From: Albugo candida
Lineage: Eukaryota
Reading direction: 5' to 3'
DNA length: 63,974 nt
Assembly (NCBI GenBank): GCA_040437565.1
Contig: JBDOQK010000025.1
Span: forward strand, 310,027 to 374,000
The notes beneath the pieces are model-generated. The model made no database searches. It saw nothing but the letters and a program-made list of their open reading frames with translations, and was not told the DNA's origin. The position numbers were made by a program, and so were the translations under genes. Positions 14,490-26,260 of the stretch are shown here, one piece after another; position 1 is the stretch's first letter, and each line of letters starts with the position of its first letter.

Positions 14490-14697
14490 GATGGCTTTGC
14501 AATTGCGCTGTATAGCAAATTTTAAAAAGAAAAAAATTGTATCGAAATCGTTGAGTAGCGTTGATTATTTAGATATGAACGCGTTTCGGTGTAGTGCAAT
14601 CCTTGCTGCGATACGAGCATTTCAAAATTCCGTGCAGGAGAGCATAAATGCCGTCATTAGTAGGAGCGCTTTATAAAGGTAGGTGCAGTACACACTT

Positions 14698-16329
14698 ATG
14701 ATGAGAGACCACCAGCATCGGAAGGATAAGAAGCGCGATAAAAAGGCTCGAAAACGAAAGCGTTCGTCGAGTGAAAGCACAAGTAAGGTTCATGATGACC
14801 AGAAGGATCGTCGGCTGAAGAAAGAAAGCAAGAAAGCTGCGAAAATGCTCGCTACAATCGGCTATACGAATGACATAAATCCATTTGGCGACACGAATTT
14901 GACTGAGCCGTTTGTTTGGAGTAAGAAGAAAAAAGATCCTTCAAACGAAAGCAGCCGTAAGAAAACTTCAGGTGATCGTATTAAGGAAATCCAGCAAGCA
15001 AGAGCACGACGCGAACAGCGCGAAGTAGAACGACAAGAAGCTGAGCGCTTGCGCAATGAAGAAATGCGACTTCGTGATGCCGAACAATTCGAAGACTGGC
15101 AGAAGAAAGAGGAGGAGTTTCATCTGCAACAAACGCAAGTCAGATCGCATTTGCGTATTCAGCAGCGCAGAGAGAAGCCGATCGACGCATTGGCTAAAAA
15201 TCTACTCCTATTCACCCGGATTAGGCAAAATTCTGATCTTGACCTTGACAAAGTCGAGCTCTGTGAAATGAGGAGTCCGCATCACATCATTGAGCAGCTA
15301 TCTTTAAAGGAACTTTTGGATTTGAAGGACAATATACAGGTGTACATTGAGCTTGAAGAGACAAACTCCCAATCTGTGGATTCGCAGGACGATCAAGCTT
15401 GGATCACAATGAAGAAAGAGTACTGGAAGCTGAGTATGCTGCTGTGCTGTGATCTCGTACGACGAAGAAATATGGTAACGGAGGAAAACGAAAGACGCGT
15501 GAATCCTCACGGTGCGATTCATGACTCGGTGTATGAGAATATCGTGGCCATGTTGAGTGCCAAGTGTCCAGAAGACTTATGTTCACTGGCAAATGAGGTG
15601 ACAGACACAATTGCAAGTGCAGAAAATAGTGTGGTAGGAATTGATGTGGAATACTGGGAGGAAGTAGCAAAGCAAATTCGAGTATTCCAAGCCCGAGCCA
15701 GGTTGATGCATATCCATACCGATATACTGAAAGAAATGAAAGTCTCAGAAAGTTCAAGTGTATACGAGGACGACACTGTACCCGTTGGAGACTTGAAGCG
15801 CGAGAAAGGAGAGGAACGGGATGTACTGGGACAATTGGTCGATAACAGCGGCAAAGCTCGTGAGTGGCTTCAAATGGAAAAGGAGAAGCGTCTGGATGAG
15901 GAGGAAGAACCGATGGATGGAACTGAAGAAGTGAGAATCACAGAAATACCCAATTGGAGTGAAAAGTTTCGTCCACGCAAACCGCGTTACTTCAATCGTG
16001 TCAAGACTGGATACGAATGGAACAAGTACAATCAGACACATTACGACCATGATAATCCTCCTCCAAAGGTGGTGCAAGGGTACAAATTCAATCTTTTTTA
16101 TCCGGATTTGATTGACGCAACCAACGCTCCCCGATTTTACCTCGAAAAAACAAATAGTCCGGAATTCTGTATCATTCGTTTTAGTGCTGGACCTCCATAC
16201 TTTGATATTGCATTCAAAATTGTGAATCGCGAGTGGGAATATTCGCATAAACGTGGGTTCAAAAGCGTGTTTGAACGTGGCATTCTCCATCTTTACTTCA
16301 ACTTCAAGCGGCATCGATATCGTCGGTAG
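14698..16329 (+). CDS. CACTIN: Cactin (splicing factor)
   Basis: GYTNDINPFGD..FVWSKK and C-terminal KPRYFNRVKTGYEWNKYNQTHYD..NPPPKVVQGYKFNLFYPDLI..AGPPY.DIAFKIV..YRR. Confidence 0.96.
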   Translation: MMRDHQHRKDKKRDKKARKRKRSSSESTSKVHDDQKDRRLKKESKKAAKMLATIGYTNDINPFGDTNLTEPFVWSKKKKDPSNESSRKKTSGDRIKEIQQARARREQREVERQEAERLRNEEMRLRDAEQFEDWQKKEEEFHLQQTQVRSHLRIQQRREKPIDALAKNLLLFTRIRQNSDLDLDKVELCEMRSPHHIIEQLSLKELLDLKDNIQVYIELEETNSQSVDSQDDQAWITMKKEYWKLSMLLCCDLVRRRNMVTEENERRVNPHGAIHDSVYENIVAMLSAKCPEDLCSLANEVTDTIASAENSVVGIDVEYWEEVAKQIRVFQARARLMHIHTDILKEMKVSESSSVYEDDTVPVGDLKREKGEERDVLGQLVDNSGKAREWLQMEKEKRLDEEEEPMDGTEEVRITEIPNWSEKFRPRKPRYFNRVKTGYEWNKYNQTHYDHDNPPPKVVQGYKFNLFYPDLIDATNAPRFYLEKTNSPEFCIIRFSAGPPYFDIAFKIVNREWEYSHKRGFKSVFERGILHLYFNFKRHRYRR

Positions 16330-16399
16330 TTGTCGGGTATATCGTGTCACGTTAATAGATTTTTTTTGTTGGATAAGAATTATAAAGTCTGTTATCAAT

Positions 16400-16719
16400 G
16401 TTATACGCACTTTACGGGGTAACAATGCAGCTATTGCATCAGGAGATGAGCATGTTATATTACAAACGGTATTGATTCATGGTATGTCAAAGTCGTCGTT
16501 TTGACTCATCATCACGTTACTTTAGCTGACATCAATGTTGTTATCCACCACCGCGTTGTTTTTATTCACCAAAGTAGTCGCGTCAGTCAAGACATTACTG
16601 GAAGCAGTAGGCTCTTGCCCTTTCATCACTTGTGCTGTTGTAGGACCCGTAATACTAACTTATGCGCTTGTCACAGCAAGGAGAGCCGCAAGTGGAATTA
16701 ATTTCGATGGCTTTTGCAT
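16400..16719 (-). pseudogene. Decayed secreted-protein gene
   Basis: ATG at 16719 reads MQKPSKLIPLAALLAVTSA*VSITGPTTAQ..NNIDVS*..DIP*INTVCNITCSSP: a signal-peptide-like start with three in-frame stops and no frameshift. Confidence 0.4.
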
Positions 16720-17077
16720 TTTTTATGTGAAGAGCAACTGTGTTGAGGTATGAGGGCAGGCTGATACGTATTCGTTTTGCAACAGTTGTGGAAATTGCTC
16801 CAAAATTTCCGGAAAAGGGAAATTTCACAAAAAGAAATCTCGACTGTCACAAGGTTGCTTCCAAGAAGCGTGGAATTAGGAATTGTATTCGATAATTGAT
16901 GAGTTGGAGTTTGGACTGAATTGTAGCAATACAGAAATCTGACGCTAAAAAAACTGTATCACTTAGACAACGTCCGTGAGTCTATATAGTTCCGATGTAA
17001 TCAATAGCACTTCTCAGTAGTTGTGACTACCCGCAATTCAAATAGTGTTGTTCTGATACGAAGTTACAGGATAGGAC

Positions 17078-17848
17078 CTAATCCGAGCTTACGCTTTCAC
17101 TTGACTTTGCGGCGTAAAATAAGTTCCACTGCTGCCGTTCTTCTCGTTTTTCTTCTTTTTTTATCGCGTCTACAACAACAAAATGGGTAAGAATGCATTC
17201 AAACCAAAATTCTTACGTACATGATTGTGCATCGACGCGAAGATCATCTGCTTTCTTCTTCATCCTTTCGATCGCAATCGAGATTTCCGTCATATATGCC
17301 GCTATTCTGTCAATTTTCTGAGCATAAGCGGTAGATTTCGTCATGGTACATTCTATTTTCTCAATGCACTCGTTCTCAAGAAGCTCCACGTTGCGTGTTG
17401 AAATGTTCGACAGTAATTCCTATCAAAGCGTCTCAATACGTCACATTATACGCACAATTCCACCAGCCTTTTGATTTTCCATAAGCTCCTGAATGCGTTC
17501 AATTGCTGTTTCCATCGAAGGCCGAATTTTCTGCATCATAGCTTTTTGGATCATACAGAGTCCATCCAATGATCCCGAAAGTAAACGAGATTTTACTTCT
17601 TTCCACATTTCCTCATTCTCATCGTCAGACGCTTCCTTTCGTTCATCACTTGGTATTGAGTCCTCTTGATTTTCCTCATCTGATTCGGCTCCTTCTGAAT
17701 CGACTTTCGACGCTGAATGTTCACGGGCTGTAAAATCAGACCATGTGACATCATCACTGAATCATCAAAGCCTCTATACGATACCTTCATCGCTCTCTTC
17801 TTCGCTATCTTCACCAACGATGACCCGGTTACCAGTGACGGCACTCAT
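17078..17848 (-). CDS. BLOC-1 subunit, Snapin/Pallidin family (pallidin-like); spliced and absent from the ORF track
   Basis: Manual splice gives MSAVTGNRVIVGEDSEEESDE..IQELMENQ..ELLSNIS..AYAQKIDRIAAYMTEIS..MKKKADDLR..KKEEKREERQQW..AAKS, an acidic N-terminus plus coiled coil resembling pallidin. Three introns, one with an ambiguous donor. Confidence 0.6.
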
Positions 17849-18096
17849 TATCAGATCGCTTTAACCAATCACGGAGGCCGGACGCTCACTCAATTGCACA
17901 CATGCTGTCGGCACACTGACTCAAAACCTGTAGCAATCCATTTTTGTTCTACTTTTATGAACTAAAACTTCTCAACTCTTGATGAAAGTGAGGCCATAGG
18001 CAACGTGTCACAGATTTAGGTCATTCAGAGTTCAGAGAAGAGTGAGACCATCATTGTACAAAAAAAAAGCACTTAAGTGGAATTACAAAATCGTTA

Positions 18097-18954
18097 TTAG
18101 CATGCATTCTCCTTTCCCGGAGTTGGTTCGTTTTGTTCACCTTCGGGATTCCCTTCTGAAGGTGAGGGTTCTTCCTTCTTCCCGCCACCGCCTTCCTTCT
18201 TTCCACCACCGCCTTCCTTCTTACAATCTTTCGTGCTTTCGGATGTGAGAATTGCGGTTATCTCCACAGGTTTTTCGGCGGGATACCTGCAGCAAGGATC
18301 ATTCAACAATTGACCATACGCGATGCCATTCTCTGACTTTAAGGGACAAAATTCTGCCCAGCTGTGATTCGCTTCCGCAAACGCGTCACCAAAGGCAGTG
18401 ACTTCATGATCCTCACCTTTGTGAGCCAATTNNNNNNNNNNNNNNNNNNNNNNNNNNNNNNNNNNNNNNNNNNNNNNNNNNNNNNNNNNNNNNNNNNNNN
18501 NNNNNNNNNNNNNNNNNNNNNNNNNNNNNNNAGTTGGTTCGTTTTGTTCACCTTCGGGATTCCCTTCTGAAGGTGAGGGTTCTTCCTTCTTCCCGCCACC
18601 GCCTTCCTTCTTTCCACCACCGCCTTCCTTCTTACAATCTTTCGTGCTTTCGGATGTGAGAATTGCGGTTATCTCCACAGGTTTTTCGGCGGGATACCTG
18701 CAGCAAGGATCATTCAACAATTGACCATACGCGATGCCATTCTCTGACTTTAAGGGACAAAATTCTGCCCAGCTGTGATTCGCTTCCGCAAACGCGTCAC
18801 CAAAGGCAGTGACTTCATGATCCTCACCTTTGTGAGCCAATTCTTCAACTAATTGGCTGTTTGGGAACAACTCTACATACTTTGCCCAGGCTGCTGTGTT
18901 GCTAATCGCGCACAAAGCGCATACTGCTAGTAAGACACTTTTATGAAAAGCCAT
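18097..18954 (-). CDS. Secreted temptin-like protein (~148 aa once the gap duplication is removed)
   Basis: Signal peptide MAFHKSVLLAVCALCAISNTAA, then Y..FPN..LAH..FGDAF..W..FC..G..YGQLLNDPCC, which follows the temptin pattern. GGGGKKE repeat tail. 18121-18431 duplicates 18532-18841. Confidence 0.6.
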   Translation of the reverse strand: MAFHKSVLLAVCALCAISNTAAWAKYVELFPNSQLVEELAHKGEDHEVTAFGDAFAEANHSWAEFCPLKSENGIAYGQLLNDPCCRYPAEKPVEITAILTSESTKDCKKEGGGGKKEGGGGKKEEPSPSEGNPEGEQNEPTXXXXXXXXXXXXXXXXXXXXXXXXXXXXXXXXXXLAHKGEDHEVTAFGDAFAEANHSWAEFCPLKSENGIAYGQLLNDPCCRYPAEKPVEITAILTSESTKDCKKEGGGGKKEGGGGKKEEPSPSEGNPEGEQNEPTPGKENAC

Positions 18955-19225
18955 CGACCTCTTCTTTAAGTGCTTGACACTTTTATAAATGAGAGTTGTG
19001 CAAAGCGCAACCGTCATGCACGTGATGATCTGTCATTCCCCTCATCTCGTGTAAATGACGTAGAGGCTGGTAATAGTAGTCATCACATACGTGGCAAGGT
19101 ACCCGTAACCTTCCGGGTGACTCAAACATTCTATCTTTCTGAGTCGAAGATCCGTTTTTCTTAAATGCGCATGCCCCATATTGTAGTCAAGAGCTGATAG
19201 TAGAAAAATGTGGGGTAGTGCCAGC

Positions 19226-20197
19226 TCATAACGCCACGAATGAAAGCGTCTTATATTGAGAGATGATAGATGGTGTAAAAGAAAGCGAACATTCCATCAG
19301 TCTTTGGTGTATGGACTTTACATTCACAGTCTGTAAGTAGCGTTCCATAAGATCACTATTTTGGCGGTGCTCATCACATCCTCTACGGATTTGTATTGTT
19401 TCGAGGATGGAAATGGGTATTGAAAAGGAGTATAACACTGTCGGTCCATTCATTTCGTTGAAAATGCATTCTCTACGCAAAGACATTTGTTAGTCAAATT
19501 AGAGGGAGAAAGCGTCTGAAAAGAGTTCATACCGACAACCGACGTCTAGTAAGAGGAGAGGACACATACTGAGACAATTGTGGTCTGACGTTGAGTCTAG
19601 ATAATACACGGCCGGATAATTCAGTATCAATCCTGCTAAGGTGCACAGCCCGAGTCCGTGTGTGTCCTTCTGGTCAAAGCGAAAAATGTTACGAAGCTGC
19701 CTCTTGTGCCCCAGCAAATCACTGCACAACTTTTGAATGACACTTTTGATCTTTTCAAATACAATTGGATGCTCTGCGACAGAGAGAAGCTGTGGGGAAC
19801 CGCAGACAGCACGTGCGTCCATTAATATAATGTCTTTAAAGTCGAGAAAGAGACTTTGCCATTTAAAAAGGACAAAGTGCATCACATTGATTAAAAAGTA
19901 ATCTAGATCCAGCTGCAAGATGACGATTTTTTGTAAGCGGTATCGCTTTGTAATTCGGATAATTATCTTTTGAAGAATGGACGTTTCCGGTACAAAACCA
20001 TCCAATAGGCACGATACTCGCAGTCCACAGCCAACACAACATATATTCGTTGCCAATGCTGACGCAGAAGACCGAATTCTCCTGGTTTTATGTCTTGACA
20101 GTCTTCGTTCGCTACTTTTTATAATTTCGAGAATATCATTTGCGATAGCTTTGTATTGACGCAGAATTTGAGCAGAATTTGCAGGTACAGGGAGCAT
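19226..20197 (-). CDS. DUF4504 / UPF0739 (C1orf74-like) protein
   Basis: CVGCGLRVSCLLD, LCTLAGLILNYPAVY, NCLSMCPL, then an intron (~19532-19473) and an LYSFSIP..VAL terminal exon. Confidence 0.75.
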
Positions 20198-20406
20198 GCA
20201 GCAGTACAGTTGGTACGACTGTCGCGATGTCAGTGCAAGCGACCACGTGTCGTCATAAAGCAAGTACTCGTGCACCCTNNNNNNNNNNNNNNNNNNNNNN
20301 NNNNNNNNNNNNNNNNNNNNNNNNNNNNNNNNNNNNNNNNNNNNNNNNNNNNNNNNNNNNNNNNNNNNNNNNNNNNNNAGAATACAAATGTGAAAAAATG
20401 ATGCAA

Positions 20407-20835
20407 TCAACGGAGTTTTTTCTTTTGCTTGATGACTATGGTTCCGTTAACGCTGTCTTTCGACATGCAGGGAGGAGCTCCCTCAATACCACTTGGATTC
20501 CAAACGCATCCTGTTTGACAAGAGCAGCCAAGAGCTTCAGGAAACGTTGAACATCGGAAAATCTCTTTAATCTGATCTGTTTGCTGGGTCAGCCATACAT
20601 CAATATTACTACTTAGAAGAATTGGAGGCAGTCCACCGCATAGTTGTAATCCTTGTACAACACCAGGGCCATCCATACCTCCATTTGGGAAAGGGAAGTG
20701 CAAATTTTCTTGAGTGCCATCGGTAGTCGTAGCCTGAGTGTTGTCAGGGATGGCAAATTGAGTGTTGATCGCGGGTAATGCAGCCATCAATGCGATTGTG
20801 GGCAAGAAAGTTCGAGAGTTGGAGGAGAAAACCAT
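20407..20835 (-). CDS. Small putatively secreted Cys-containing protein (142 aa)
   Basis: Hydrophobic N-terminus FLPTIALMAALPAINT, six Cys, basic C-terminus KQKKKLR. No family recognised. Confidence 0.55.
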   Translation of the reverse strand: MVFSSNSRTFLPTIALMAALPAINTQFAIPDNTQATTTDGTQENLHFPFPNGGMDGPGVVQGLQLCGGLPPILLSSNIDVWLTQQTDQIKEIFRCSTFPEALGCSCQTGCVWNPSGIEGAPPCMSKDSVNGTIVIKQKKKLR

Positions 20836-21221
20836 TTGACTTTACTCAAACAAGTAAGTTGAGCTTGGAAAGGTTAAATTAAATATGAACTCTAGCGGTA
20901 CAAAATGAAAAGCCGATTGACTTGATTTATTTTCGTGCGATCATTACAATCCGCAAAGGATATCGGCAAATCAAGTGTCGCATGCACGTGTATCGTTGGA
21001 TTGAATACACGACAATCATACTCGCTACGTCGTTACATTGGGGGAATGAAAACGTTGTCGCATTGAAGACTTCCGCTGAGCATTTGCGACGACACCACAA
21101 TAAGAATATGTATATATTACACAAAACTGCCAAACATTATGGTTTATTCGTAATGAGTCCGTGTTTGTATATCGTTATTAATATTATATTCACGCTCAAA
21201 TACAAGTCTCTGGTGATTGCG

Positions 21222-22249
21222 ATGACAGATGAAGAAGCCTCAGCCGGACCCGAGATCGTGTCAGAGTTTCCACCACCACCAGCCTTCTTCTCATTATACC
21301 AAGTAGATAATGCAGATGCGCCTCTACCACCCGATCCTATGGCGCCGAATTATCACATGTTCGGCACACCGTACTCGACAAAAGACATTGTTCCGGATCT
21401 ACTTCCAGATGACTCCAAGAAATTATATTTGCCTACTTTGTCCACACAAGATCCAAAAGAACAATCCATTGACTACAGAGCACAACTCAAAAAGTATATA
21501 GCGCGCTTTTTATGCTCTATTCTTGCTCACCGCCTGAGTTATAGACTAAATCGCTCTCTTCTTGCAAATTGCATTCAGCTGCTCGATGTGTTGATACGAA
21601 ATCCAAAGCTTTTCAAGTAATTGGCAATTCATTGATTTTGATGATATAATTTATTTTACGGTACTTTATAAGCGAAAAAGTGGATGATTTGGAACTCCTT
21701 TTCGTTAATATGCACAACTTGATCAATAAATTCCGACCGCATCAGGTACTTGTACATGATTCAGTCTTTTATTTCGCAAATTTACGCGTCTTTTTCGCAT
21801 GGAAAGGCACGAGAACACATTATACTAATGCTTCAAAGTCAAATTGAAGAAAAACAAGCAGCGATCAGCGATTTTAGACGGTGAGAGTGCATCGAGTATC
21901 TATTCAGCGCAATTGATGGTAGTAATGGGCTGCTGCAGTGTCCTGGAAGAGTCTCGAGAACAAGTGGAACATGCACACAGCGCCTTGGATTTTGATACTC
22001 AACCAGCTACAATTTGTGCTGACGTATCTATCAAGGAGGAGGTACAAGAAATGGAGCAAATTAAGGTAGAACCTCAACATTTACCTTGTACGGAGACGAC
22101 GGGAACCGAACCAATCGACTCCAAAATGAGAGTGCGTTAAGCTGTCTTTATTTTTTATGGTACTACTCCGTTTGCTTTAGACTCTGAATGTAATTCAACA
22201 GCGTCAGGATCAGTTTTTTAAAAACCTGCAGTGTTTGATAGCGAAATAA
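21222..22249 (+). CDS. MED7: Mediator subunit 7
   Basis: [46 protein letters not shown]. About 5 short introns; last exon TLNVIQ..LIAK*. Confidence 0.92.
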
Positions 22250-22359
22250 ATGACAAGAACAAGTGCCAACGTCTTTTGTGTGAACGATACAATGGTTGAA
22301 ATATATTGTGGCAAACAATAATCTATTAGATATGATTTAAATAGGAGTTTAATCTGAGT

Positions 22360-22524
22360 TTATTCACAAGTTTTGACAGAGCCTACTTCTTCTAGAGGAT
22401 CTTGCTCAAAGTCACCGAGCCACCACTGAATGCTCTTCTTCGCACAACAATAGCTCTTGACAGCTTTGGGACCGACTCGTGAACGACATAGCGGGCAATG
22501 GAATTGGAATAATAGCCATTCAAA
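22360..22524 (-). CDS. 3' end of a RING-H2 (PX-RING family) gene; remainder is in the gap
   Basis: FEWLLFQFHCPLCRSRVG..WWLGDFEQDPL..GSVKTCE*. Inverted near-identical copy of 46302-46463. Confidence 0.7.
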   Translation of the reverse strand, partial: FEWLLFQFHCPLCRSRVGPKAVKSYCCAKKSIQWWLGDFEQDPLEEVGSVKTCE

Positions 22525-22982
22525 NNNNNNNNNNNNNNNNNNNNNNNNNNNNNNNNNNNNNNNNNNNNNNNNNNNNNNNNNNNNNNNNNNNNNNNNNNNN
22601 NNNNNNNNNNNNNNNNNNNNNNNNAATGCCTACATCATTCGTAGTCTTCTGTACAGACTATTTGTATAGACGAATGTACCAAATCCCGCAAAAAGCACAT
22701 ATGTGATCAGTGCTAATAGCAACGATACAAATTTTGCCGGTACCACCTCAGCGCACAAATACAGCGAACAACGACATAGATGTCGTCACATCGCAACGAA
22801 ATGATGCCAAATTCTCGACTTTGGATACTTCAAGGCACAATTTCTTACAATGACACGAGATATGGGTCACTGATGGCCTTACATTTGAACGGTTGTGAGC
22901 TCGTAAGTTTTTTTAAGGAGTTTACTGTGTTTGAAGATTGTAAGTCTCATTTCCGAAGTTGCATCTCTTTACCCCTGCAAGC

Positions 22983-23552
22983 ATGAAGAAGGCGTGGATA
23001 TCAATCTTTCTTTCATTGAGGAGTGAAACGGTTGCAATGAACCAGGATTTTAATGGGAAAAAAATGTTAATATCTGCAAATAAACCACATGTGACTGTAG
23101 CTGCACTCAGTCAACACGACGATTTTCGTCAAATTGTAATGGGGATTGATCAATCGACAAAGTGGATAAGGTTCCTTGTGCTGCCTTGTACTGGTCCGAC
23201 CACGAAAAAATTTCGTTCAAGTTTGAAGCTTAAGGTCGGTGACTTCATCCCCAAAATCCAATTTGCTGTCTTGACGGGCAAGACATGTGAGAATGATAGC
23301 CCTATAAGTGGTGACGACCCAGACAGCCCAGACAAGTCAAATGACCCAGATGACCTACCACGGCTTGATTGGTATTTTTATCTTCAGACAGATGTCTTCG
23401 CAGTGCCTTGGTTTCCACTCCTGGATATGAAGGACGAGAACAATGCTGCCTTCCTGCAGCATACTTTTGACACGTATTCAAGTATCGATCCTATGGCCAA
23501 GTTTCGCCCAACTCCTAGTGGGAACTATTTCCTCTCCATAAATCCGAAGTCG
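22983..23552 (+). CDS. Highly divergent PAP/metallophosphoesterase-like copy, N-terminal half
   Basis: MKKAWISIFLSL, IRFLVLPCTG, FAVLTG, VPWFPLLD and TPSGNYFL align with paralogues. 23421-23552 is identical (inverted) to ~46070-46201. Confidence 0.7.
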
Positions 23553-23652
23553 NNNNNNNNNNNNNNNNNNNNNNNNNNNNNNNNNNNNNNNNNNNNNNNN
23601 NNNNNNNNNNNNNNNNNNNNNNNNNNNNNNNNNNNNNNNNNNNNNNNNNNNN

Positions 23653-24077
23653 TTAAGAGTGGAAGAATTAAACGTCCCGTGGTTCACGGTTTTGGGTGAT
23701 AAAGACATGCTTGGTAATCCTTCAGCGCAATATACTCTTCACAAATGTAAAGGCAAGGAAGAGATGTCCAAGTACTGGATCCCTTTAGTGAAAATTACTT
23801 TTTGTGATAATGCAACAGGTCAGAGTGTTTCTCTCAACACAGAGTAGCTTCAAAACCAATGGACCGGGTATTTTCCGGTGTTACAAACGAAGCTGCGGAG
23901 ATTGTGATCGGACATCACCCCATCGACGACCCGATGCACCATGACGAAACGGCGCTATTCCGATCGAACATTATAGGATTGCGTTCGAGGCACTTCGAAA
24001 CTTACATATGCGGCCACGATCCCGTATTGCAACATAAAGAGGAAGGCAATGTGGAATTCCTAACGTATGATTTATAG
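23653..24077 (+). pseudogene. PAP-like pseudogene fragment
   Basis: Near-identical to the 43457-44647 gene (VEELNVPWFTVLGDKD, IGHHP, CGHDP) but with frameshifting deletions. Confidence 0.85.
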
Positions 24078-24128
24078 TCGAGTTTGGTCTTTTGAGTGGA
24101 AATATATGATGAACTATATAATTGTTCT

Positions 24129-24835
24129 GACGAAGTGCACCGGCAGAAAAATTGACCGGGGAAATTTCGTTCCGAAAGCTTTTGCCAATCTGTCCAATTT
24201 GAATGGAAGTTTGGCACGCATAGCGCTTTGTACATTTGAGAAGTGCTGTTTCTGCACACAAAATCCATTTTCTATGTAATGCTTTTGGACGCATGTGGTA
24301 CGAGGGACATTGGCGCGCGGGTTGTGCCTTGTTTCATTTGTGACACCCGTAGTGGTACGCTGAAAGGAATTCGTTTTGGCACATTTGGACACGCGATACT
24401 GTGTGTCTTGAGCGCATTTTCATATTCGGTGACATCTAACGGTGTGTTCCATTCACGTCCAAGTTTTTGAGGTAGCAATTGATCGACACGTATTCGCGCG
24501 TTGCATTCGACACAGACGCTGATAGGGTCGGTGAAGCAATCAACATACCCAGAAGCTTTCCAAACTATGGGTCACAAGACGTAAAGGATCTTTATCTTTT
24601 ACATTAATGAGAATAATACCGTCTGAATGCATCGGAATCAACGAATAACAATTTATTCGGTTTTGAATAAATCGCAAGACCAGCAACCTTGTATGGTATT
24701 TTTCATCAAGATTCCTAATGGAACATAATTGAACATACTGGCCAGCTCACCATGCAAATCGGAGCCCGGGAATATAAATCCTCGTCGCCGACAAATTGCG
24801 ACGAGATTACCTGAAGTGAGTGGACAATGTAATAC
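24129..24835 (-). pseudogene. Glycyl-tRNA synthetase pseudogene (5' half, intron-containing)
   Basis: Inverted homology to 46500-47290 ([35 protein letters not shown]). ATG region deleted, frameshifts present, intron sequences retained. Confidence 0.9.
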
Positions 24836-24959
24836 TATAAAATAAATAAGNNNNNNNNNNNNNNNNNNNNNNNNNNNNNNNNNNNNNNNNNNNNNNNNNN
24901 NNNNNNNNNNNNNNNNNNNNNNNNNNNNNNNNNNNNNNNNNNNNNNNNNNCAAATATAT

Positions 24960-25400
24960 AAATCAGCACAAGTTTGTACAGCCTATTTATTTTGAAGAAT
25001 CTTGCTCAAAGTCACCGAGTCACCACTGAGTGCTCTTTTTCGCACATTAATAGCTCTAACGGCTTTGGCACTGACTCGTGAACGACATGGCGGGCAAAGA
25101 TAGAAAGTCGCGATGAACAAGTGTCCACAGAGAAACGCTACGGTGGTTGTGGTCTCACTATCCTCTTTCTTTATCCTCTTCTTGACTGCGGTCCTGTTGC
25201 AGTGTTTCCACCCATATAGTACAACGACTGGTAACGTATTCATCGGAGTCTGAGAAAGGCTCACTTGCGGTACTTTGCTGATGATTATCGACAAATATTT
25301 GTAATAATGATCGACGATCATTTGCATCATGGACGACATTGCAGAAGATGGTTTTACCTCAATTGTATCTCATGATAGATGACTCGCGTTACAAAGAAAT
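24960..25400 (-). pseudogene. PX-RING pseudogene
   Basis: SMMQMIVDHY (cf. SVLQIFVDNY) and LCGHLF..CPPCRSRVSAKAV. DNA similar to 46330-46470; RING core deleted. Confidence 0.75.
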
Positions 25401-25924
25401 GATTACAGTGCTGTTTGCCTCAACGGGTCTCAGGGTCGCTGTGGGTACGTATTTACCGCAACTGCACAAATTGTGAATATCTAATAATTCAGACTTTTTA
25501 TATTGATGAGATAGCATGAAATGTTTTCATTTGTTTGGATGCAGTGCGTCGTGCATCTACAGCGACTTCGATGACTTGTGCGCTTTCTAGTCAGCAGAAG
25601 TCAGGGATGTACACAAAGCTGCAAAATTTTAAACTCTGTCAATGTTGGCAGTAACATACAATACTAATGAAACCATCTCATTGCGCAAATACAGCGATCA
25701 ACGATCCACATTTCGTCACACCACAACGACATAATGCAAAAGCTTGAATTGACTTTGAATTACCCAACGCAATTTGTTTTTGCAATGTGACGACATGGGG
25801 ATCGTTAATCGCTGTAGTTTGGGAATGGTTGTGACGTGGTGAGGTTTTTGTTTCCCGAACGGTAGTTCCTGGCATTACGGACTGTCAAATTCCAAATTTT
25901 GTCTTTATACATACATCGGCAAGC

Positions 25925-26260
25925 GTGAATAAGCCATCAATATCGGTGTTTCTCTGATTGACTTTCAAGAGCGTCAAAATGTACGAGGATGTTGGGGAGC
26001 GAATGCAAAGACCGTAGAGAAACTTCATGTGACAGTATCCCTCAAGACGACAACATTCATCAAATAGAAATGCAGACTAAGCAAATAAAAGAGGGTGAAG
26101 GTTTATTATTCTGACTAATACTGGTGCGAAAACGGAGAAACTTCATTTTGCCTAGAAGGAAAAGGTGGATTTCAAAATAAAATCAACTTTGCTGTCTTGA
26201 CAGACAATAACTTTGGGAATGATAGTCGCAGAAGTCTTGACCACCACTTGTGGTAATGCG
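25925..26260 (+). pseudogene. PAP-like pseudogene, paralogous to the 22983 copy
   Basis: ATG is now GTG (VNKPSISVFL*). Remnants HVTVSL, RFIILTNTG and INFAVLTDNNFG, with stops and frameshifts. Confidence 0.7.

Noticed and set aside
15754-16425. Long antisense ORFs (also 2274-3056 and 7969-8499)
   Set aside because: Shadows of well-supported genes on the opposite strand, with no motifs of their own.
20922-21221. Signal-peptide/HLRR-like extension in frame with MED7
   Set aside because: MED7 homology begins after ATG 21222, there is no canonical RxLR-dEER, and it is likely a chance open frame.
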